A DNA stretch of 64,000 nucleotides from an uncultured Candidatus Saccharibacteria bacterium (lineage in GTDB: Bacteria; Patescibacteriota; Saccharimonadia; CAILAD01; GCA-016700035): positions 21,064 through 85,063 of the forward strand of contig CAZTHB010000001.1 of the NCBI GenBank assembly GCA_964613485.1, in the 5' to 3' direction. Below the pieces are notes generated by a model, which was not told where the DNA came from, searched no databases, and saw nothing but the letters and a program-made list of their open reading frames with translations. Each line of letters opens with the position of its first letter. The first letter of the stretch is position 1. Shown here in pieces: positions 20,407-26,539 of this stretch. The translations under genes were made by a program, and so were the position numbers.

Positions 20407-20445
20407 CAAAAAAGCCGCCGAGCAAATGCTCATACGGCCTTTCTG
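20407..20445 (-). terminator. Terminator of the surface-protein gene
   Basis: AAAGGCCG...CGGCTTTTT on the minus strand. Confidence 0.55.
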
Positions 20446-20482
20446 TTGCACACCTCGTCTAGAGGCGATGGTTTTCACCAGC

Positions 20483-21682
20483 TTATTGGTTGCGAAGTGC
20501 GCTTGTCAGAGCCTTGCGGCTACGACGGTAGAAGTAACCTGCATAGGTCAACCCGGTTGTACCGAGAAGACCAGCTGCAGCCCCTTCAAGACCAGTCTCC
20601 GGCAGGCTTGTACCTGTTCCGCCAGTAGTTGGCGTAGTAGGAGTTACTGTTGGAGTAGGATTACAGCGGCTATCGCCTACTGGAATACCTGGCTTACATT
20701 CCTGTGGTCCTGCGACCGTTACCTTGGTGTGAGCTTCAGCAAACTTCATTTGTTCGCCAACCTTTACACCTGCAACGTTCTTCAGGTCGTAATTACCTGG
20801 CTTAAGCTTAGAATCAATCTTAGCCTGATACAGTACGTACCCTACAGCACCTGGAGCATAATCGCCGATATTGATACCGCCCTTAGTGAGGCCATCAGAG
20901 ACAGCCACAGCATCAGGATGGTTACCATTGGCAAGCTTGGTGCTTCCCTGAACGTAAGTTACGTTTGCAGGAAGCGTATCTGCAATCTGAACGTTCTTCA
21001 AGACAGTGTTACCACCGTTTTGGAACTTGATGCGATACTCAAGCGTATCACCAGACTTAGCAGTGTTCTCGGTAACCCAGTCTTTTTGACCAAGTACGCG
21101 GACTTGCTTCGAAATACCAACAATGTCGGTCTTCACACGAAGCTTAACAGTGATTGTAGCTTCGAAGTTAAAGCAAGGCTTTGCGTTCTCGAGGACAACT
21201 CCACCATTCAAGAGCGCTTGCTCCTGAGCTGGGGTGAGGCCTTCAGTTACCCAGTTTGGCTGCTCGTTGGTGCCTTTGTTGTGACGCCACATAGCGGTAC
21301 CAGGAACCATTTCGAGATAGCTGTTGTCTGGAGCGAGATTGACGGTAGCATTGGTGTTTACAGTGTTACCATTGTCGGCACTAATCGTGCCGTTGATTTT
21401 TTGAATTTTGCCAGCAGCAGTTGGAAGCTGCAATTTGGCCTTGAGGTTTTGAGCGACTTTTCCGCTGTCAGCATTCTCCATGTTGTGATACCACAACTGA
21501 ACCTGGACAGTTTCATCAGTCTTTGCATTGGTGCTTGCATTGTACATTTGTTCACCGGCCGAAGCGTTTGCAACACCGAGACGTGATTCGAGACGAACCG
21601 TGTCAGTAGCATGCGCAGCAAGCGGGGTGAGTACGAGACCAGCAGCCAGAACTACATTACGTAGCTTAGTAAGCAGTGTCAT
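20483..21682 (-). CDS. Sortase-anchored surface protein with DUF11/isopeptide-type Ig domain
   Basis: Signal peptide; AKSGDTLEYRIKFQNGG...DTLPANVTYVQGS DUF11 pattern; Thr/Pro linker; LPETG, TM helix, basic tail. Confidence 0.85.
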   Translation of the reverse strand: MTLLTKLRNVVLAAGLVLTPLAAHATDTVRLESRLGVANASAGEQMYNASTNAKTDETVQVQLWYHNMENADSGKVAQNLKAKLQLPTAAGKIQKINGTISADNGNTVNTNATVNLAPDNSYLEMVPGTAMWRHNKGTNEQPNWVTEGLTPAQEQALLNGGVVLENAKPCFNFEATITVKLRVKTDIVGISKQVRVLGQKDWVTENTAKSGDTLEYRIKFQNGGNTVLKNVQIADTLPANVTYVQGSTKLANGNHPDAVAVSDGLTKGGINIGDYAPGAVGYVLYQAKIDSKLKPGNYDLKNVAGVKVGEQMKFAEAHTKVTVAGPQECKPGIPVGDSRCNPTPTVTPTTPTTGGTGTSLPETGLEGAAAGLLGTTGLTYAGYFYRRSRKALTSALRNQ

Positions 21683-21843
21683 GTATGACTCCTTTCTTTC
21701 GAGACCCTTCTGAAAAGAAGGAAGCTCGGAAAGTGCTTATGTTATGTAATATGATTGCTTTGCCGTCAATCGGTAATATTCGACGTATGCACTTCTATTA
21801 AGCTTGTGAAAGGTCGCTCCACCAGATGGTGTATGACCTGTAG

Positions 21844-21872
21844 ATATTATCATACTTAAGCATTTTTGTCAA
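21844..21872 (-). promoter_or_regulatory. Sigma70 promoter preceding a ~155-nt structured leader
   Basis: TTGACA-17-TAATAT with TGn extended -10. Confidence 0.7.
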
Positions 21873-21941
21873 TATATTTTGTCTCGTTTTTAAGTGGGTG
21901 TGGCAGCTCAGGATATCTTGATGCTGCGCACAATCTGTAAA

Positions 21942-21982
21942 TAAAAAAGAATGGGGGCCGAGCGCTTGCGCGCTCGGCCCCG
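21942..21982 (-). terminator. Strong intrinsic terminator of island gene A
   Basis: GGGGCCGAGCGC-GCAA-GCGCTCGGCCCC then ATTCTTTTTT. Confidence 0.85.
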
Positions 21983-22028
21983 GGTTTGAACCTGAACATA
22001 CAGCCGAGTCGGAAGGGTCTTCCCCTAC

Positions 22029-23087
22029 TTAGCAGTATGCAGGCGGATTGGCCGTCTGACAGGGGTCACCCACTGCCGGCGGGTCGGTCGTCACCGGCGC
22101 CTCGGGAGGCGGGGTGGGAGCGAAGCTCACCGGAGGGGTCGCCCCCGGCGGGATGGTGGATCCCGGCACCGTCGTCCCCGGGTTGTAGCCCGGAGTCGGC
22201 GGCAGCGTCGAAGGCGGCTGGTACGGCGGGGTGCTGACGTCGCCACCACCACCACACACCCAGACGCCACCGACCAGCTTCCACCCCTTCTCACACTTCC
22301 AGGCCGTCGTCGTCGGGGACGGCGGCACGGTGGTGCTCGAGGGTGTCGGTGGGACGGTGGTCGACGGAGTCGTCACGGTAGCCGGAGGCTTCGGCACGGT
22401 CGGGGGCGGCAGCTTGGGCTGCCTGGGCGACGGCGGCGTGGTCTTCGGCGGGACAGCCGGCGGGAACGATTGCTCCACCGGTTGGAATCCGCAGTCGAGC
22501 TTGAGGTTCTTCACACCCTGGGGCGTGTCGAATCTCAGCACCGCGAAGGACGGCTTGTCCGGAGAGGCGTTGTACACCTCCGGGATCTGTCGTCCCTCGG
22601 GAACCATGTAGAGGGTCTTGTAAGCACCCTTCACGGTCTCGATGCGCGGGTTGCCCTGCGCGACCGCGTCGGTCACTGCCAGAATCGTGAGGCGCCAGGC
22701 CTCCTGGTTCTGGATCAGATTGGCCGTCTTGTCGACACGCTCGTCCGGAGACGAGAAGGCGCCCGTGATGTACTCCTGCAGTGCGACCGCCAGAGCGGGG
22801 TCGGTGCAGAGGCGCCTCTTCAGCTCGACCTGAGCCTGCGAAGCCTCCTCGGGAACAGCAGGACCGAAGCGATGACCGCCAGCGTCCTGAGCCCAGAAGT
22901 AGACCCCGTTCACACAGGTCTGTTCCCCACCGGGGTTGGCCGTTGTGGTGGTCGTTGTGGTGGGTTCGTCGGCACGGGGATTGTCGTCCCCGCTTGCCTC
23001 CTTCGCGGCGAGGACGCCACCGAGGAGCAGAAGTGCGCTGAAGAACAGCGCCATGATCGTGATGACTCTGCGTTGCATGAGCATCAT
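22029..23087 (-). CDS. GC-rich secreted Pro/Thr-rich hypothetical protein (island gene A)
   Basis: Signal peptide, Thr run, Cys-containing domain, Pro/Thr tail; GAAAGGA SD; strong third-position GC bias in this frame. Confidence 0.8.
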   Translation of the reverse strand: MMLMQRRVITIMALFFSALLLLGGVLAAKEASGDDNPRADEPTTTTTTTANPGGEQTCVNGVYFWAQDAGGHRFGPAVPEEASQAQVELKRRLCTDPALAVALQEYITGAFSSPDERVDKTANLIQNQEAWRLTILAVTDAVAQGNPRIETVKGAYKTLYMVPEGRQIPEVYNASPDKPSFAVLRFDTPQGVKNLKLDCGFQPVEQSFPPAVPPKTTPPSPRQPKLPPPTVPKPPATVTTPSTTVPPTPSSTTVPPSPTTTAWKCEKGWKLVGGVWVCGGGGDVSTPPYQPPSTLPPTPGYNPGTTVPGSTIPPGATPPVSFAPTPPPEAPVTTDPPAVGDPCQTANPPAYC

Positions 23088-23170
23088 TCCTTTCGGTTCG
23101 AGTGTTCAGGTTCGGAGTTTTTACGTTTTTACACAACCTATTGATGAGCATGCTCATCCACAGGAGAATG

Positions 23171-23211
23171 AAAAAACTTGTTTGGTGAGGGTCCGAAGAC
23201 CCCCACCAAAC
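23171..23211 (-). terminator. Intrinsic terminator of island gene B
   Basis: GTTTGGTGGGGGTC-TTCG-GACCCTCACCAAAC then AAGTTTTTT. Confidence 0.85.
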
Positions 23212-23230
23212 GTACTGACGAGAAGCCAGA

Positions 23231-24103
23231 TCAGGAGGAACTACGCGCTCCGGCCGAGGCCGAAGCACCGACCGCCACCCTGGGTTGCACCTGAGTCGGC
23301 GTGCCACCCCCACCGGAAGGCGAGGTGGTGACCGAGGCAGGTGCCGGCGGTGCCGGAGTGGTACCCGTCGAGGCCGAAGCACCCGCAGCTGCGGTGACGG
23401 CGGTCGAGGAATCCCCCGACCGCACACCGAGCACGTGAGCGACGATCACGACAAGCACCGTGAACAGGCCGGCCAGACCGAGCTGATTCGGCCTGTTCCA
23501 CTCCTCCAAGAGCATGGCGATGATCCACCAGCTGATGAAGAAGGTCCCGATCGTGAGCCCCGCGAAGAGCGCCCAGCTGATACCGCTCGAATCCGAGCGG
23601 ATGCTGGCGATGGCCTTGGCCATCGCGCTGTGCTGGGAGTCCAACCGGTTCAGTGTCGGATCGACGATGTCGTGTCGCCACGACTTGATCGCCTTGAGCG
23701 ACGCATCGTGGGCCTCGACCTGCACCTCCACGGCGAGCAGACGATCCGAGAAGGACTGGATCTGCTCCTGAGCGGACCTGGCCGCGTTCTGGGCGACCAA
23801 GAGGTCGTTGGCGAAGGCGTCGGACTTCTTGACCTTGGCCTCGAGATCGTTGACGCGCTGGTCGAGGAAGGCGATGGTAGCCACCTTCTCATTCAGCTCG
23901 TCGAGCTGCTGCCGGAAGGCAGCATCGGAGGTACGCGACTGGAGGCCGCTGATCTCCTTCTGGATCTGTGGGATCAGCTCGCCCCGCATGTTGTCGGACG
24001 AAGCAGCCAGGATGGCGACGAGCTTCTTGAGCTGGTCGACATCGGCGCGCAACGCCGGTACGAGTCGCCGATCGGTGACAGGTGTGGAAATCGGGTGTGT
24101 CAT
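23231..24103 (-). CDS. GC-rich coiled-coil protein with two TM helices (island gene B)
   Basis: ~170-aa heptad-rich region, TM hairpin, Ala/Ser/Thr tail; AAGGGGA SD; GC3-biased codons. Confidence 0.8.
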   Translation of the reverse strand: MTHPISTPVTDRRLVPALRADVDQLKKLVAILAASSDNMRGELIPQIQKEISGLQSRTSDAAFRQQLDELNEKVATIAFLDQRVNDLEAKVKKSDAFANDLLVAQNAARSAQEQIQSFSDRLLAVEVQVEAHDASLKAIKSWRHDIVDPTLNRLDSQHSAMAKAIASIRSDSSGISWALFAGLTIGTFFISWWIIAMLLEEWNRPNQLGLAGLFTVLVVIVAHVLGVRSGDSSTAVTAAAGASASTGTTPAPPAPASVTTSPSGGGGTPTQVQPRVAVGASASAGARSSS

Positions 24104-24158
24104 GGTTCCCCTTTTGTGGAGGTTCGTTCTCGTCCCCTATTGAAACGAGAGATACCCC

Positions 24159-24187
24159 AACATACCATACTTTCATAAAAAAATCAA
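24159..24187 (-). promoter_or_regulatory. Sigma70 promoter of island gene B
   Basis: TTGATT-17-TATGTT with TGn. Confidence 0.55.
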
Positions 24188-24219
24188 TACCTTTACCAAG
24201 CATAAGTGGTGTAATTAAG

Positions 24220-24258
24220 AAAAAAAACAGGGTACCTGGCCCGAAGGCCAGGTACCCG
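24220..24258 (-). terminator. Intrinsic terminator of island gene C
   Basis: GGGTACCTGGCC-TTCG-GGCCAGGTACCC then TGTTTTTTT. Confidence 0.88.
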
Positions 24259-24275
24259 TGTAGCTAACACGTACG

Positions 24276-25967
24276 TCAGCTATACATTCCTGCCAGAACG
24301 TCCGCCACCGAAGCAGTGGGGTTCTCGCGGTAGAAGTCGACAGCCGACCGATACGTGGCCTCCTGGACGCCGACGGCAACGAGCACCGGCGGAGCCTGTG
24401 GAGGCTGATCGTTCGGAGCCTGGTCGTCGGAGCCATCTGCGCCTTCCGGCTCGATGATTTCGGCGACTTCAGCCTCAAGCGCATCGCTCGCGGGCTCATC
24501 ACCCGTCAGCTCTGCATCAGCCTGCCAGTCGAAGACCGGCTCGGCATCAGCTGTGGTAAGAGCAGCTGCATCCGGCCGGTCAGCAGAGTCGTCAGAACCT
24601 TCGGGTTCGTCTGTCTCTGCCTGCCAGTCATAGGGCCTATCGGTGGACGAGCCATCCTCTCGAGTGATGCGAACACCACCTCCAGGTAGGCTGCCAACGC
24701 TCTTGACTGGCGCCGGCGGAGTGGTCACGTTCCCGGTCGAGAACAGACTCTCCACGGGTTCCGAGGCCGATTCACTACCGGCCTGATCGTGATCCGGCCT
24801 CGCGGCCGAATCACCCGACCGTGCAGCCCTGCGAGCTGCCTTGACGGCCGCCTTGGTACGAGCATCCCAGCCCTCGTCCGACTCACCTTCGAGCCGGACG
24901 AGGGTCTCCCCCGTACGATGCACTCGGAACTGACGCTCGGGGTCGAGCACTTCAGCTTCGGATGAACCGTCACCGGAGCCAGCGTCAACCGGCTCGGCCC
25001 CTTCGGAACCCTTGTCGGGCTCCGGAGAAACAGGATCGTGCTGTGTGACCGGCAGGGGTGGCGGCGAAGGTAGGGTGGCCTCCACCTCGCGAGAACGAGG
25101 CTCGCGGGTACGCTCCGGCTTCGGCTTGGTGCCGGGCCAGAACCACTCCGCGAGGAACTCCTCGGGCTCGCGCTCCTCCCTGGACATCCAGAAGGCAGTG
25201 GTATAGTACCAGGCCTTCTTTCTCAGGTCCGCATCTGCATCGAGCTCTTCTCGAGACGGTGAATAGGCTTCATCGCCCTTGCCGATCCTGAAGAGACGAT
25301 CTTCGTCCACGCCGAGCTTCATGCCCAGGGTGTAGATCTGATTCGCCAGCTCCATGATGTCCTCACCACCGTAGTTGCGAGCCATCACGATGTGCTCCAT
25401 CAGCTGCGCCTTGGCTTCCTCGACCGTCAAGCGGACCGACGAGACCAGGACGGCAGCTTCATCCGACCCTTCGGCGCCCTCTTCGGGCACCTCGGGTTCG
25501 GCGATGATGGAATGCGCGGTGGCGACCCACTCAGCAACCGCCTCACGAAGCTCCTTGCGAGCCTGCGTGGCGGCAGTGATGAGCATCTGGTCACCACCCG
25601 AGATCTCGGAGGCATACCAGTCGCGAATCCGCTGCAGCGCAGCTCCCGCGTCGGGATCGATACCAGCTGCGATGAGCTGATCGATCATGTCCCTGACGAG
25701 GATCCGTCGCGGCTTGTCGTCGCCAGAAACACCAGAAGCGGTGCCTTCGGAATCCGTAGCCGGCTCGGCGGCGTCATCCGTCTCAGACGGCTCGGCGGCT
25801 GGATCTGTCGAATCGGAGTCCCCCGACTCGTCTTCGATCTCGGCACGAGGCATGAACGAGATGACCTGAGCGAGTGCCGGGTCATCCTCGTCACCCTTGG
25901 TGAACAGGTCTGGCGACAAGTCCTCGAAGGACCTGAGGATACGAGTATTCATGGGTCGGGGAGACAT
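24276..25967 (-). CDS. GC-rich acidic, largely low-complexity hypothetical protein (island gene C)
   Basis: 563-aa frame, Asp/Glu/Ala/Pro rich; GGGAGGAG SD before the ATG. Confidence 0.8.
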   Translation of the reverse strand: MSPRPMNTRILRSFEDLSPDLFTKGDEDDPALAQVISFMPRAEIEDESGDSDSTDPAAEPSETDDAAEPATDSEGTASGVSGDDKPRRILVRDMIDQLIAAGIDPDAGAALQRIRDWYASEISGGDQMLITAATQARKELREAVAEWVATAHSIIAEPEVPEEGAEGSDEAAVLVSSVRLTVEEAKAQLMEHIVMARNYGGEDIMELANQIYTLGMKLGVDEDRLFRIGKGDEAYSPSREELDADADLRKKAWYYTTAFWMSREEREPEEFLAEWFWPGTKPKPERTREPRSREVEATLPSPPPLPVTQHDPVSPEPDKGSEGAEPVDAGSGDGSSEAEVLDPERQFRVHRTGETLVRLEGESDEGWDARTKAAVKAARRAARSGDSAARPDHDQAGSESASEPVESLFSTGNVTTPPAPVKSVGSLPGGGVRITREDGSSTDRPYDWQAETDEPEGSDDSADRPDAAALTTADAEPVFDWQADAELTGDEPASDALEAEVAEIIEPEGADGSDDQAPNDQPPQAPPVLVAVGVQEATYRSAVDFYRENPTASVADVLAGMYS

Positions 25968-26043
25968 AGTCTCCTCCCTTCTGTGGTCGTAGTCGAAATG
26001 TAATGGTGCAAAAACACTTCCCCATCAGAGGAGCGTCTGAGTA

Positions 26044-26072
26044 AAAGTAACATATTTTTGCTAATTGGTCAA
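26044..26072 (-). promoter_or_regulatory. Sigma70 promoter of island gene C
   Basis: TTGACC-17-TACTTT with TGn. Confidence 0.55.
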
Positions 26073-26105
26073 TGCCTAACACCTCGTCTCGACAAAGACG
26101 GAATC

Positions 26106-26143
26106 AAAAATACTTAGCACGCTTACTAGTGTACTAAGTATTC
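26106..26143 (-). terminator. Terminator after the DUF5663-like gene
   Basis: AATACTTAG...CTAAGTATT inverted repeat with T-run on the minus strand. Confidence 0.6.
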
Positions 26144-26162
26144 TATGAAACTAACGTGTTGA

Positions 26163-26516
26163 CTATTGAGCGGTGGCGCGGGCCTGAGCCTGTCGCATCA
26201 CTGCTTGCTGATCAGCTACGAGATTGTTCTCAACTTCGATCACCGTCTTCGCCAGGATCTCATCGAAGTCAGGCAATCTATCACGCAAAGCCTGCTCTAC
26301 TTGATCGCCAGATCCAGCGTCAATCAACCCCTCGATATAGGCCATATCGGTTTCGGATAGTCGCTCAGCTGCCTGGTTGATGACGCTCGAGATTACAAGC
26401 TGACTCATCTGATCTGCAAGCTGCTGCTTTTGTTCTTCGGTTGCCTGTGCCATACCGAGGCGTGTAAATACATCTTGGCTCGGCTGGACGGTTGGGTTTT
26501 GCGTGGTTTGGTCCAT
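26163..26516 (-). CDS. Small helical protein resembling CPR DUF5663
   Basis: LGMAQATEEQKQQLADQMSQLV...AERLSETD pattern; AAGGAG SD. Confidence 0.65.
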   Translation of the reverse strand: MDQTTQNPTVQPSQDVFTRLGMAQATEEQKQQLADQMSQLVISSVINQAAERLSETDMAYIEGLIDAGSGDQVEQALRDRLPDFDEILAKTVIEVENNLVADQQAVMRQAQARATAQ

Positions 26517-26539
26517 AGTATTCTCCTTAAATTACCTTT

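Noticed and set aside
20426-21586. 386-aa plus-strand ORF antisense to the surface-protein gene
   Set aside because: Shadow frame; the minus-strand protein has a signal peptide, a recognisable domain and LPETG, while this one has no features or RBS
21988-23113. 11-bp inverted repeat as transposon ends or invertible-segment sites
   Set aside because: No recombinase nearby, no target duplication, and the repeats differ from gene to gene; RNA pairing fits better, though inversion is not excluded without reads
22291-26003. Long alternative ORFs in the GC-rich island (22291-23427, 22470-23144, 23285-24178, 25392-26003)
   Set aside because: Expected from stop-codon scarcity in GC3-biased DNA; Arg/Gly-rich translations, and one runs through a terminator
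21942-26072. Island as a prophage or integrative element
   Set aside because: No integrase, transposase, phage structural gene or flanking direct repeat found
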